NCBI GenBank assembly: GCA_002269645.1
Contig: NIVC01003919.1
Span: forward strand, 1 to 64,000
Length of the DNA stretch: 64,000 bases
Direction of reading: 5' to 3'
From: Macrostomum lignano
Lineage: Eukaryota
Part shown: positions 15,229-27,477 of the stretch, piece by piece
How the letters are laid out: each line of letters begins with the position of its first letter
How positions within the stretch are numbered: position 1 is the stretch's first letter
The notes under the pieces: generated by a model
Told to the model about the DNA's origin: nothing
Database searches by the model: none
Seen by the model: the letters and a program-made list of their open reading frames with translations, nothing else
Program-made: the position numbers and the translations under genes

Positions 15229-16459
15229 GCTATCCGTGCAGGCAGTCAGTCTATTTGTGAATTTTCTGGTGATCTGAAGAAAACCCGTCCGGCACAGGAT
15301 TAAAGAGAAAGAGACGATCTGTTTTGGGTGAGTATTATCTGCTGTAGAAGTATTGTACACCAGAGTACTTGTGTTACTTGGTAGAGCACAATTCAAAAGC
15401 AATGCAACAATCTCAGTGGCATTGTTGGGACACAAGCTACAAACGCAATGAATAGTAAACACAGCCCAGCCTAGCTCAAGGCTAGTAATTTGTTGGGCAT
15501 TTATTGGGACATTGCAGCCAGGCCTATTTTTTGAACAGCATTTGTTGGGTCGCACTTATTGGGACAATACTGATTCTAATCGCGACTACTTCTGAGTTCT
15601 GACTTTTCAAAACAGACCCAGCATTAGTTGAACACGTTCTATTAAAGGGTTCCTTTATAGCCTATTAATGATTACTAAGGCAAGCCTATCTTAATTGATT
15701 TCTTTTCCTCGCAGATTCTGAAGTCAGCCACGCCAGCGACATGCCTAAGAGACAAGAATGCGCTTTAACGATCAGCAGCGAGCATTCTGATCTCGCCGCT
15801 GCATCCGTCATTTGGTTCACTTGCTGCTCACAAGCCGCAGCAGCAGCAGCCGCTATCCGTGCAGGCAGTCAGTCTATTTGTGAATTTTCTGGTCGATCTG
15901 AAGAAAACCCGTCCGGCACAGGATTAAAGAGAAAGAGACGATCTGTTTTGGGTGAGTATTATCTGCTGTAGAAGTATTGTACACCAGAGTACTTGTGTTA
16001 CTTGGTAGAGCACAATTCAAAAGCAATGCAACAATCTCAGTGGCATTGTTGGGACACAAGCTACAAACGCAATGAATAGTAAACACAGCCCAGCCTAGCT
16101 CAAGGCTAGTAATTTGTTGGGCATTTATTGGGACATTGCAGCCAGGCCTATTTTTGAACAGCATTTGTTGGGTCGCACTTATTGGGACAATACTGATTCT
16201 AATCGCGACTACTTCTGAGTTCTGACTTTTCAAAACAGACCCAGCATTAGTTGAACACGTTCTATTAAAGGGTTCCTTTATAGCCTATTAATGATTACTA
16301 AGGCAAGCCTATCTTAATTGATTTCTTTTCCTCGCAGATTCTGAAGTCAGCAACGCCAGCGACATGCCTAAGAGACAAGAATGCGCTTTAACGATCAGCA
16401 GCGAGCATTCTGATCTCGCCGCTGCATCCGTCATTTGGTTCACTTGCTGCTCACAAGCC

Positions 16460-16492
<33 letters not shown>

Positions 16493-17836
16493 GCTATCCG
16501 TGCAGGCAGTCAGTCTATTTGTGAATTTTCTGGTCGATCTGAAGAAAACCCGTCCGGCACAGGATTAAAGAGAAAGAGACGATCTGTTTTGGGTGAGTAT
16601 TATCTGCTGTAGAAGTATTGTACACCAGAGTACTTGTGTTACTTGGTAGAGCACAATTCAAAAGCAATGCAACAATCTCAGTGGCATTGTTGGGACACAA
16701 GCTACAAACGCAATGAATAGTAAACACAGCCCAGCCTAGCTCAAGGCTAGTAATTTGTTGGGCATTTATTGGGACATTGCAGCCAGGCCTATTTTTTGAA
16801 CAGCATTTGTTGGGTCGCACTTATTGGGACAATACTGATTCTAATCGCGACTACTTCTGAGTTCTGACTTTTCAAAACAGACCCAGCATTAGTTGAACAC
16901 GTTCTATTAAAGGGTTCCTTTATAGCCTATTAATGATTACTAAGGCAAGCCTATCTTAATTGATTTCTTTTCCTCGCAGATTCTGAAGTCAGCCACGCCA
17001 GCGACATGCCTAAGAGACAAGAATGCGCTTTAACGATCAGCAGCGAGCATTCTGATCTCGCCGCTGCATCCGTCATTTGGTTCACTTGCTGCTCACAAGC
17101 CGCAGCAGCAGCAGCAGCAGCAGCAGCCGCTATCCGTGCAGGCAGTCAGTCTATTTGTGAATTTTCTGGTCGATCTGAAGAAAACCCGTCCGGCACAGGA
17201 TTAAAGAGAAAGAGACGATCTGTTTTGGGTGAGTATTATCTGCTGTAGAAGTATTGTACACCAGAGTACTTGTGTTACTTGGTAGAGCACAATTCAAAAG
17301 CAATGCAACAATCTCAGTGGCATTGTTGGGACACAAGCTACAAACGCAATGAATAGTAAACACAGCCCAGCCTAGCTCAAGGCTAGTAATTTGTTGGGCA
17401 TTTATTGGGACATTGCAGCCAGGCCTATTTTTTGAACAGCATTTGTTGGGTCGCACTTATTGGGACAATACTGATTCTAATCGCGACTACTTCTGAGTTC
17501 TGACTTTTCAAAACAGACCCAGCATTAGTTGAACACGTTCTATTAAAGGGTTCCTTTATAGCCTATTAATGATTACTAAGGCAAGCCTATCTTAATTGAT
17601 TTCTTTTCCTCGCAGATTCTGAAGTCAGCAACGCCAGCGACATGCCTAAGAGACAAGAATGCGCTTTAACGATCAGCAGCGAGCATTCTGATCTCGCCGC
17701 TGCATCCGTCATTTGGTTCACTTGCTGCTCACAAGCCGCAGCAGCAGCAGCAGCAGCAGCAGCAGCCGCTATCCGTGCCGGCAGTCAGTTAATTGATGAG
17801 TTTTCTGGCGGAGCTGGTTATTTTTTAAGTTTCTGA
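10039..17836 (+). repeat. Tandem array of ~625-642-bp exon+intron units (13 copies of the (GCA)n core)
   Basis: Near-identical units; MPKRQ-frame starts at 10640, 11282, 11921, 12546, 13185, 13825, 14461, 15100, 15741, 16364, 17006 and 17642, plus a first unit with a unique 5' end. Units differ mainly in (GCA)n length. Confidence 0.97.
10039..17836 (+). CDS. Tandemly repeated phase-1 exons (DSEVSHASDMPKRQEC...IWFTCCSQ(A)nIRAGSQSICEFSG.SEENPSGTGLKRKRRSVL); the last unit reads on to a stop at 17836
   Basis: Units 2-13 carry the acceptor tttcttttcctcgcag|ATTCTG; the first unit has acgcacag|GTTCG. Units 1-12 carry the donor TTTTGG|gtgagt. The exon at 10614-10868 is 255 nt (a multiple of 3), and only the phase-1 frame is open. 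The last unit lacks the donor and ends ...GGAGYFLSF*, with aataaa shortly downstream. Confidence 0.7.
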
Positions 17837-17984
17837 ATCGAGAAGCCGATTAACTGTTGTGTGCTTCACTGGAATATTATTCAGAGGACGCATTTTTTTG
17901 CAGTCTGTTTCTAATAAAATCCGGTGCAATGACCGCGGTAGAGCTCTAGCATTTGCTTTTTATAGTATTTGTGTATATTCTTTT

Positions 17985-18130
17985 TCAAGCTATGCTGGAA
18001 TTGTTGGGACAGCCCCATCCACACTGGCTATGGTGGAATTGTTGGGACAGCCCTATCCACACTGGCTATGGTGGAATTGTTGGGACAGCCCTATCCACAC
18101 TGGCTATGCTGGAATTGTTGGGACAGCCCC
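17985..18130. repeat. Short minisatellite (ggctatg(g/c)tggaattgttgggacagccc(t)atccacact)
   Basis: About 4 tandem copies just after the exon array. Confidence 0.8.
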
Positions 18131-18905
18131 ATACTATAGTGTGTGCTGGCTTCTGCTATAGTGTGGTTCATTTCCGCATCCTTTTACGTAGCATTCTGTG
18201 GGTCCGAATAGCTGACATGTACCTTTTGAGTAATTCTAGTGATTGTGTCATAATCAATAAAGTACATTTTTATGAACAGTGGAGTTTCGCTACAGAATTG
18301 TTTTTTTCCCAGTGGCACTAAATGTAGCAAATTTTGTTTATTCAGATCGTAAAATTTTTTTGATATGTGTCAATGTCGTTTGTTTTCGATAACCTTAAAG
18401 TCCCTTGCCATTTACCATCCTGTCTTCTATAATCTATGATCGCTGAAATTATCCTGTGAAATTTGACGCGCTGATATTATTGCCTTAAGTGGAATTCAGC
18501 AAGACACCAGGGTTTTTTAATTCTGTTTTAGACAAGTATACATGTACAATCTGTTGTGAGTTCAATGCACCTCGAAAAATGCTTTCCAACTGTTTTCAGT
18601 AAGCCAAAAGCATGTTGTCAATAAAAATCGATTTGGTGGGTTGAAAATTGCCCGTGTGGGGACGTGTGTGTGTGTGATTTTTCGTGTGTCGGAGCAGTCC
18701 CAATATGTGCAAGCTTTTGCACACTTGGCCAATAAGTGCCTCGTGCACGTTTGTGTGTGTGTGCACGTGTGTGTACAAAAGGGCCCTATCAGCACATGGG
18801 TTTTTTACAATTTAAGAGTGTAAAGGTATCCTGGCAAAGTGATTTAAAAACCGAATTTATTGTAGGTTTTTTGCTTCTGTAAATTGCTTTATGGCTTATT
18901 ATTCG

Positions 18906-19182
18906 TAATCAAATCGAATCATATCGAATCAAATCGAATCATATCGAATCAAATCGAATCATATCGAATCCAATCGAATCATATCGAATCAAATCGAATC
19001 ATATCGAATCCAATCGAATCATATCGAATCAAATCGAATCATATCGAATCAAATCGAATCATATCGAATCAAATCGAATCATATCGAATCAAATCGAATC
19101 ATATCGAATCAAATCGAATCATATCGAATCAAATCGAATCATATCGAATCAAATCGAATCATATCGAATCAAATTCGAATCA
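18906..19182. repeat. 10/20-bp satellite (atcaaatcga atcatatcga)n
   Basis: Directly visible near-perfect tandem repeat. Confidence 0.95.
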
Positions 19183-19443
19183 TAGATTCCTGTTACAATA
19201 TTTTTATAATATTTGATTAAAAATGCCTCGGAGAGTACTTTCATTTTTCCGCTTACATGTCTGGCATAGCATTTTTACATTTTACCTTCACATACTTCGC
19301 TCAACATAGTACTCATATGGAACAAGCAAAGGTTTAATTTGCTATTATGGAATTTAAAATTTGAAGAACTAGTCAATTTAGTGCCCCAAAATTGAGCAGC
19401 GCCATTCCAAATGTACATAAAACTTATCCCTGATGACTTTTAG

Positions 19444-19720
19444 CTGGTTACGGCCATGACGTATGCGGCACTGTGTCCTACAAGAACTACTATGGCTTGC
19501 AGAATGTAACCGTAGGAGGCCTGGCCTGCCAGAACTGGAGCAGCTCCGGACCGCACACCATACCCTACCAGTGCCAGCTTGATGCAAACTTTCCAGGAGA
19601 TGGCGCCAAGAACCGCTCTAGAAACTATTGTCGCAATTGCGAGAGCAAAGATTTTTACTACTGCTACACAATGGACCCGACTGTGCCGTTTCAGGCCTGT
19701 GAGGTGCTGCCCTGCAACAG
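19444..19720 (+). CDS. Kringle-domain exon
   Basis: Acceptor ttttag at 19443. Translation C...YYGLQNVTVGGLACQNW...H...NFP...RNYCRNC....YCYTMDPTVPFQACEVLPC shows the kringle Cys pattern with NYCRN and CYT motifs. The 3' splice boundary is uncertain. Confidence 0.85.
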
Positions 19721-20642
19721 GCAGTCAATGCACTACGGTTTGTACAGACAATCAATCAGAGCAATCAGAAACACACAGCTGGCTGGCGAGGGTGCTGGAA
19801 TATAAGAATTGTTTATCCGTGGTCATAGGTTCATCTAAACTTGGGGTTTTCCAAACCGTGGCGTCTGCAACTGACTACTGCAATTTGCCTGCCACAAATT
19901 GACTGTAAACCCTAAACCCTGTGCTTCTACATGGATTAACTGGTTTTCAAGTCTTATAAATCTTTTTCTGCATCAACCCTAGTGGTAGAAAACTGAACGA
20001 ATGCAGGTACTCATGGTTTTAATTGTTGTGTAGCAATAGCTTTGTCCATATTTCCTAACGCTTGTTAAAATATTGGCAACTTGACTAGGCATGGCTCTGC
20101 TCGTCATTGGTTGTTTCTACGACTTATACGAGTAGTCCGCATATGAGCAGAATAATATATTCCTTCATCCATGCTCCGTAGAACAAATTACGCTCGTATC
20201 TTCATTGTATCGGCTTCCGGTGATTTAATCATAAATGGTTTCTTACTGCCCTAATTGTTCTGCTGTGTTTTGTCAAAAAACTTTCAAGATGTAGAATGCA
20301 TTTTTGGATACTTAAAGATAACAACAACTAACTAAAATACTATTGATTTCAGATTACGAATATTTGGATCACTCAGAAATATTCATTTCGAATAGCTCTG
20401 CCGTCGAGAGTCCTGCAGTAAAGGTGGTCAGCAGACATACCGTTGGTCCCCAAAGGAGCGATACTGGATGGTACCATCTATCAATCAGGTATGAATACTT
20501 ATGATTCGTTTTAGAAGTTATTGTGCATCAGTTTAGACATCCGAGTGATTTTTCTAGGCCGCCGTTAAATCGTTCAGGCTAGTTTGAGTAAAAGTCATAG
20601 CAAAATTGAAATGAAAATAAAGCTAGCTTTGTTGAAATTCAG

Positions 20643-20733
20643 GTTGCTCGGTACGCTGGAATCAGGAAGCTGACCTACTATCGGCGCCCCATCTACCTGC
20701 CCGAGTTCGAAGTGTTCGGCTTTCCTGCTGCTA
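20643..20733 (+). CDS. Exon encoding the C-terminal strands of an F-type-lectin/discoidin-like domain
   Basis: cag|GTT...A|gtgagt; translates VARYAGIRKLTYYRRPIYLPEFEVFGFPAA, matching the ARYV.I...L.EVEVFG pattern. Confidence 0.6.
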
Positions 20734-22014
20734 GTGAGTAATTTATTAGTTTGGTAACCCATAAACCAGGCTCGGTGTAGAGTCAACATTCATCATCATC
20801 ACCAATATACTAAATCTCTCAGGTTTGACCGGTATTTCAGTCTACAGCCTGAATGCCTGAACCGATTTTTTTCAAACTTGCTTTATTCAATTGCAAATTT
20901 TTGTGAGATTGTGCGGATCTAATTGCATTGAAAAATTCGAATGGGAAGATGGTTAAATATTCGAAAAACGAGTTTTCCCAATGCTTTCAATGGGAGGCTA
21001 GAAAAGGTCAAAATCTTGACTAACTGAATAGCAATTCCAATTAAGATTGCGCCACAACTTTTCTCTCTTCATTGTGAGTAGTAGGCCTCAGTACTGGATG
21101 CAGCAAGGGAGAGGAAAATAATGCTCAGTGGCGGCGTGTGTACATTTTGCTCTGGCTGACTGCATAGACAATTGCTATTTATAGATTTCACTCAATTGTG
21201 CATTTGCTCTGCCTGCACACAACCTGTGCACACTGAGCAGCCAATCACTGCTATGTATTTGACTGCAGTGCCGAAGCATATATGGCTGATTTTTGCGATT
21301 TTTGAGGATGATTAAAATTAAATTCATTTATTCATTTATTGCTTCCTGCTCAACTAATAGGGATATTTTTGTTGAATTCGCAAGGCACACTTAATAAATA
21401 ATTTTTGCCATACAAAATTTGATTTGTAAAAAACTGCTTCGAGTATTACTCATCGCATCAATGGGTATTGCCTAGATCCATGAAAGTATCAAAGTGCTAT
21501 GCTGCTAAATTTATAGTTAAAATGAAGGCTGAATTGTGAAAAAACTGCCGATATGTATCGAAAATTGATTTAGTGAACCATAATAAATGATGAGAAAAAT
21601 TCTGATTCTTAAAAGGATCCTTTATTTCAGTTTGCTGAGGATTCTGAGGAGTGGGCCGAGAGGAGAACTGCAGACTGCTGAGGGACAAACTGAAAACTGC
21701 TAAGGTAGTTCATATAGATCATATTGTCTGGAGGATCATAACATAGATGTAAAGATGTGAGATGTGCAGACGGAGTTTCTCCAGACCATATTCAGAAGCA
21801 ATGATATGATTTTTGCTCCAGACTTATGAGTGTATAGCTGCAAACTGCTGAGGTAGTAAGTGTGGACTACTGAGTAAATTATTGTTTGCTGTGGGGACAA
21901 TTCTAGGCCGCTAGAGTATGACTGAAGCCTGTTTTTTGGGATTGGAAGGGATAATTTCAGGTTGTTGTGGAGACATCTCAGGAATTGCTGAGATTTCAAG
22001 GCTTATTGGTTGAA

Positions 22015-22300
22015 TTGCTGAGATGTCATGGCTTTTTGGGGTAATTTCTGAGATTTCAAGGCTCATGGGAATTGCTCAGATATCAAGGCTTACCAGTACT
22101 GGGGTAATTGCTGAGATGTCAAGGCTTACTGGGGGAATTGCTGAGATGTCAAGGCTTACTGGGGGAATTGCTGAGATGTCAAGGCTTACTGGGGGAATTG
22201 CTGAGATGTCAAGGCTTACTGGGGGAATTGCTGAGATGTCAAGGCTCATGGGGATGGCTGAATTGTTGAGATATCAAGGCTTATGGGAGATGGCTGAATT
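22015..22300. repeat. 30-bp minisatellite (gctgagatgtcaaggcttactgggggaatt)
   Basis: About 9 tandem units; shares the core gctgagatgtcaaggct with the array at 56765-57595. Confidence 0.9.
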
Positions 22301-22753
22301 GTTGGGGGGGGGGGTTAGGTTGTTGAGCGATTGTCAGATCGTCAAGTAGTACGGCTCAAGTAGTTCATTTAATTCAGATAATAAAATAGTACACACAAGT
22401 GACGCTGAATTCTGCTGATAGGAAATACCAGCGTATTTATTAAAGATTTGATTCTTTGAGTTAGGCTAATAAAGAGGCCGTCAGGGATTGGCATATTGAG
22501 CTCCTGCTGCGGACCAGAATATGCCCAGGCCAATGACGATATGCACTAAGAGTTTGTGCTTGAAAGCAATTTTATTTTTTTTCAAAATGAGAAAAAGTAA
22601 CTTTTTATTAATGGAAATGAAAATTAATGGTTACTGTTGGGCCAAAATAAAAACCACTAGGTGTCATTTTAAAGCCCCCCAGCGGGGGGCTAAATGGCTA
22701 GTCATTACTACTGAAGTGATAAATTTGGCCCTGAAATTTTCCATAAAGTTTAA

Positions 22754-22980
22754 GGGGGGCCGTAGCCCAGCGGTAGCGCAGCTGCTCTGGTGTGCCAGCG
22801 ACCCAGGCTCGATTCCAAGTGCAGTCACATTAATTTGGGGCTGAATTGGAATCTCGGCTTGGCTCTGCTCGTGCAATTAACGGCCTTGAGGGCCAACCCC
22901 CCAAGGCGCAGTGAAGTGTACATGCCTAACGATAAATAAAGTTAGGGCCGCTGTACACTCCTGTGTGAGTGTGTGCCTGC
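22754..22980 (+). mobile_element. tRNA-derived SINE, family 1, 5' half (interrupted by the P element)
   Basis: Head GGGGCCGTAGCCCAGCGGTAG...GGCTCGATTCC has Pol III A/B-box-like motifs; near-identical to the intact copy at 36875-37236. Confidence 0.85.
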
Positions 22981-25900
22981 CACAGACCAAGAAATATAAC
23001 TAGACTGCGCATGAGGGTAAAAAAAGTTGTGCCTTTTTCCTAGTAGGAAAAGTGGCACCCCAGTGCCCACTCCCCCACGATCGATAATTGTGCCCGGGCC
23101 TTTCTTCTTACCCTCAGCCAACTCAGCTTGTCGGGGTCTCTTTTTTTTATGTTCGTAACTAGTGAAAATTCAGACTCAGTAAGAAATAGGATTAACAAAT
23201 CAACAACTACAGATTCATTTTTAATTTATCTAGAATTTTTTGCACGCATTTAATGGCAAATATATAGTTTATCACGGGAATAAGCTTAAACAGAATCCAT
23301 TGAAGCCATAACTTACCAGCTTCCATATTCGGATACGCTGATTACAAATTAAGAAAAATCGATGTTCGAAGCAGCCTTTGCCTCTTGCCGGGTTTTCTTC
23401 CAGCGCGTGAAAGATCCTTAGCCAGCTTCTTCATTCGAATATTTATAAAAAGCATAGCCATTACTCGAATCAAATGCAGCTTGTGAGACTCAATGCTGAT
23501 ACTCGCGGATGCCGAATGAGAGTCCAGTTCAGGGAACAGATCGATTGACATGCGCAGAATCTCCTGAACAGCTACATCACTAGAGAATCCGCTGCTGTAG
23601 CTGGCACGCCGAACAACAGTCTCTGCATTGAGCAGCACCCGCAGGACATTGCTGCTAGGAAAAATCAGGCCGCCAGTTCCTTCCTTGTTCAAAACATTTT
23701 TATGGCAACGAGTGAGCATGGTCCGCGTGAAGCTCCTGGCGTCTCAGAGCTTGCGATCAGAGCTGACCTGCACGGAGCACATTCAACTGCTTTCATCATT
23801 CTTCGGACGACCGCGCCTGCGATATAGCACACGATGGACTGGCAAATTTCACACACCGATGCATTCTTGCAGTGTTGGATTGAACCCAGACTCAGTCCCA
23901 TTTCATTTTGAGCTTTCATCTGCTTCCATGGCTGCTGTCCTGATGATGATGGCAGACAAGACAATGATAACTGAATAGTGGCATCCTGCTGCCTCACATT
24001 CGGACTCACGGACTGTAGAATTCCACCTCCGGCATGCACCAACAGCTGCCTGAATGCTGAGCGAAATTGCGTGGGCGTTGGGTTATGGTTCCAGCCATTT
24101 CGTAGCCTTACTGCATTAAAAAACAGTTCGAGAAAATCCTGCGAAAGCTTGTAAGTGCAAAGAAAGAAGAATTCGCCAGTCGAAAATAAATACTTAGCGA
24201 GCTCCATAATGCCATGGCAGTTGGTGATGAAGCCTAGGAAGCCAGTCTTCTTTGCGGTTTCTACTATCTTACAGCCAGCCGGAGTTTCAAGGCTACGGAG
24301 AAGTTCGATCGAGCTAGAGAAGAAATCGATCCAATCCGACTGATTGTCAGCTCTAAGCGCCATTTTGGCGCCATAACTGACCAGCCGCTTGGAATTGAAA
24401 GCGTCGAACAAATCATTCATGTGCTCAACGAAATCTGCGGTGACTAGCACATCAGAGTGCTCAAATCCGATCACACCTTGCTGATGCACCCATCGCAAAG
24501 AGTCGGCCACTGACTTGCTAAACAGTTGTGATGCCAAATAGACCTTCATCTTTAAATTAGCAAAGTTGATGTGATGCCTGCTTAACTTGTTTCCAAGTCG
24601 GAGTCCATGACTTTCTTGTACTTGCTGCAACATGGAAACATATTTCCATTCAATATTTCCTCTGTTCGGCCAAACAAATCTTCCCAGTGACTGCCACTGA
24701 TTGCGAATCAGCTTTAACATGTGAGGCACATCCAGGAAGGCTGCAACCTGAATGCTAGGATCGCAGGGGTGCGGGAAGCAGGCGACGACCTCGTTCGGAG
24801 AACTTATCCTGGAGCCAAGGAGTTCGATCGCTCGAATGTTGTGCTGAGTTCCATCGCATGTGAATGATGTTGCTATGACGCCAACCTGGTACAGTCGCTG
24901 AATGGATTCCTCTACAACGCTCGAAAGAAATTCGCCGTCAACTCCATTCACTAGAAAATACCCTAAAGGCAGCTTCCAATAGCTCTTAAGCCCCACTGCC
25001 ATCACTACCAGTGCCGAAGACGCCTCCTGATCACTTGGTTTGCCATCACCTTTGTCAACGTAGCCAAAAAACATACCTTCGCTTGAATTCCATTCAATCA
25101 TCGACTCTAGCGACATTTCATCAGCAACAACGTTGCAGTAGTCAAAGGCTTGGCCGTCAGTGGAGCTGCGTCGCCGCGAAAGTTCCTGGAAAGCCTGATC
25201 GCAAAACCCTGGAAAGCACTTTGCATTTGAGAGCCATTTTCTAAGTGACGCAGGATGTGGAAGCTGAAAGTACTTTCGTACATACTCATAAGCCTTCGGA
25301 CTATAGAAATGCAATGTAGAGGCGAATTTGCGCACTTCGTCAGAGAACCTCTTTGTCCTTTTTCTATTGCAAGGCACGATGCTGCTCAGCAGTGAATCGG
25401 AGGTCAAGAAATTCAATCGAGATGCCGCTGCTTCGTTTAACATGCACTTGGCCTTTAGATCCAGAATTGCGTCCTTCAATGTTTTGGCTCTATGTTTAAT
25501 TTGCCTGTGCTTTGAGCGCAGAGATCGAATTTTTCTGTACTTGCTCTGTACCGTCCGACGCAGGATTTCAATGGCCTTAGCACTTTTCTTAGATCTCTTA
25601 TGAGCAGCCAAAAGCCTTTTGTATCTGCGCCTCAGGTTTTTTAGGACTCTCACCTTTTCTTCGAATAGTTCTCTGGCCACACAGTTGGCATGCAGTTCTT
25701 GTAGGGGTTGTTCTGGTTCATCTGCCTCCGTGTCAGTTGGCTGAGCCTTCGTCTTGCTACATTCCGGCGCTTTCAAAAATGCAGCAAAGTCAACTTCCTG
25801 AGCAGCGGCGGCGGCGGTGGCTGTTTTTCGCTTCTTTTCAACAGGCTGCAGGCGGTCAGGGAGCGTCGGGAAGATAGAAGGAACAGCATTTGGATACAGC

Positions 25901-26463
25901 CGCCTTCTTGTGGTGGGCAGAAAGCCGGCTAGTTGTTCCTTGAAGCAAGACTCTGCAAAGTGGACCGAGCAGACTTGGGTGGTCGCCGATGGTTTGAACT
26001 CCTTGCGTCGGAGCGCAACCAGCCACTTTCTCTTCATTTCAGTGTCTTTTGGAAAAAAATGGAAGGACACTGCCGGAGACATTGACGAGTTGTTCGAGCA
26101 GCCTAGAGCGCAGCAAAAGCTGCCGTGACTTTTTCTGCTAGGCAGTTTTGAAGAATTAGATTCTTCCATGGCAGTTCGATTTGGTGAGGATTGATTTAGA
26201 TTAGACTGAAGCAGCTTGCTTTGTATTTCAAGTATGTGTTTTATAAGTTTATATTTTTGGCCCCAGACCACTTTAATATATAGCTACATATCAACGCAGG
26301 CGGAAAGAAAAGCAGGCCTGTACCCTAACTTCTTGCCCAAGCACAATTATCGATCGTTTTCGAGTAGGGAGAGAGGGACCATTTTTTCCACTGTCATTTG
26401 GTCAAAAACAAGCCCAAGCAAGAAATGCGGGATGCGCAGTCTAGTTATATTTCTTGGTCTGTG
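22981..26463 (-). mobile_element. P-element-superfamily DNA transposon, full length (3483 bp)
   Basis: Perfect 32-bp TIRs (cacagaccaagaaatataactagactgcgcat at 22981-23012 and its complement at 26432-26463). 8-bp TSD gtgcctgc at 22973-22980 and 26464-26471. Internal 16-bp inverted repeat at 23078-23093 / 26341-26356. Confidence 0.95.
23342..26169 (-). CDS. THAP-domain P-element transposase with one frameshift near 23700
   Basis: N-terminal THAP (CCALGC...FHFFP...KWL...VCSVHF) and P-transposase motifs ADEM, TCDG, DVPHMLKLIRN, SQDFLELFF. The C-terminus (GGLIFPS...) continues in another frame after an A-run. Confidence 0.9.
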
Positions 26464-26606
26464 GTGCCTGCGTACGTATCCGCGCGCTTGTATGCCTGCT
26501 CAGGGGAGTCGGCGAAATGGGCAGTAATGCCTCTCGCCGGTTGTGTGACAATGTCGCTTGAAGTGCGCCAGGGTGCACACAACCCCCTGCCTCTAATAAA
26601 AAAAAA
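26464..26606 (+). mobile_element. tRNA-derived SINE, family 1, 3' half with A-tail
   Basis: Continues the SINE sequence after the TSD and ends aataaaaaaaaa. The flanks ttccat(aa/cc)agtttaa resemble a degenerate SINE TSD. Confidence 0.85.
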
Positions 26607-27477
26607 TTCCATCCAGTTTAAAGGTATTACCAGACAATCAATGCGCTCAAACAAGCAAAAAGTTGAGGATACGACTCGAGCCTCAGTCAATGAACACTAT
26701 TCATGTACCATCTAAAATATTCCTCAATTGGAAAGACCAGAAAATCTATATAAAACTTTTTTTAAACCACACAAGAAGCTCGTCTTCGCCACCCTTTTGC
26801 GCCTTTCGCCTTTTGCTCACCTTTTGCCCGTTTCCTTGCTCTTCTCCTTGCTCCTCCTATGCCCTTGCTTTGCTTTTGACTTCAACAGAGAATACACGAA
26901 TCTAATCAAACTAAAATTAAAGGATAACTAATCCCCTCCTTACAACTTGAGCTAGTCGAGCTTCTTATTTGGAACATCCTTTCATATTGTTTTTCTTTGT
27001 AAGACAACATTCTGATATTGTGAACATTTAATTAAACGGTCTGTGAGTTAATATTTCCTGATTGCATCATCAGGAAAAGTTTAGTCGAATCCGCCGCCCC
27101 AGTTATTTGGCTCTCACATTAATAATAGAAATTATTGTAGAGCCGCAGCAGTAGTGAGAGTCCAGAAGACCAAGGACACTAACATTATAAAATATTTCAC
27201 TTCAGCAGACAGACAGTTTATGCTACCCTGTCAAATTGTGGCTGCATGGAAAAATAGGCGTCGCATTTCACTTTTTCTATCATAATGAATCATCATTTCT
27301 GCATATAATGGTCAAAATAGAAACGAAACGTACTTATATATCCGATGCATGTGCTTAAATTCAACTAAACGTACATAACTATTGGCCCCTTCACTGGCTG
27401 CAGGTCGAATTTCATTTTGATAACGAAGAAATGAAGGAGATCATGTTTCTATATAAACTAACGCGTACTTTTATTAG

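Noticed and set aside
10150-17456. Repeated minus-strand 101-aa ORF MRPNKCCSKNRPG...
   Set aside because: It is antisense to the intron of the repeat unit, has no domain features and recurs only because the unit does.
10039-17836. Array as an SL RNA, snRNA or 5S gene cluster, or as a CRISPR array
   Set aside because: No SL exon ending ATG|GT, no recognisable snRNA/5S sequence and no unique spacers. An Sm-like aattttctgg occurs but lies inside the open exon frame.
22754-22830. tRNA gene
   Set aside because: The tRNA-like head continues into a shared SINE body with an A-tail and TSD, and the cloverleaf is imperfect.
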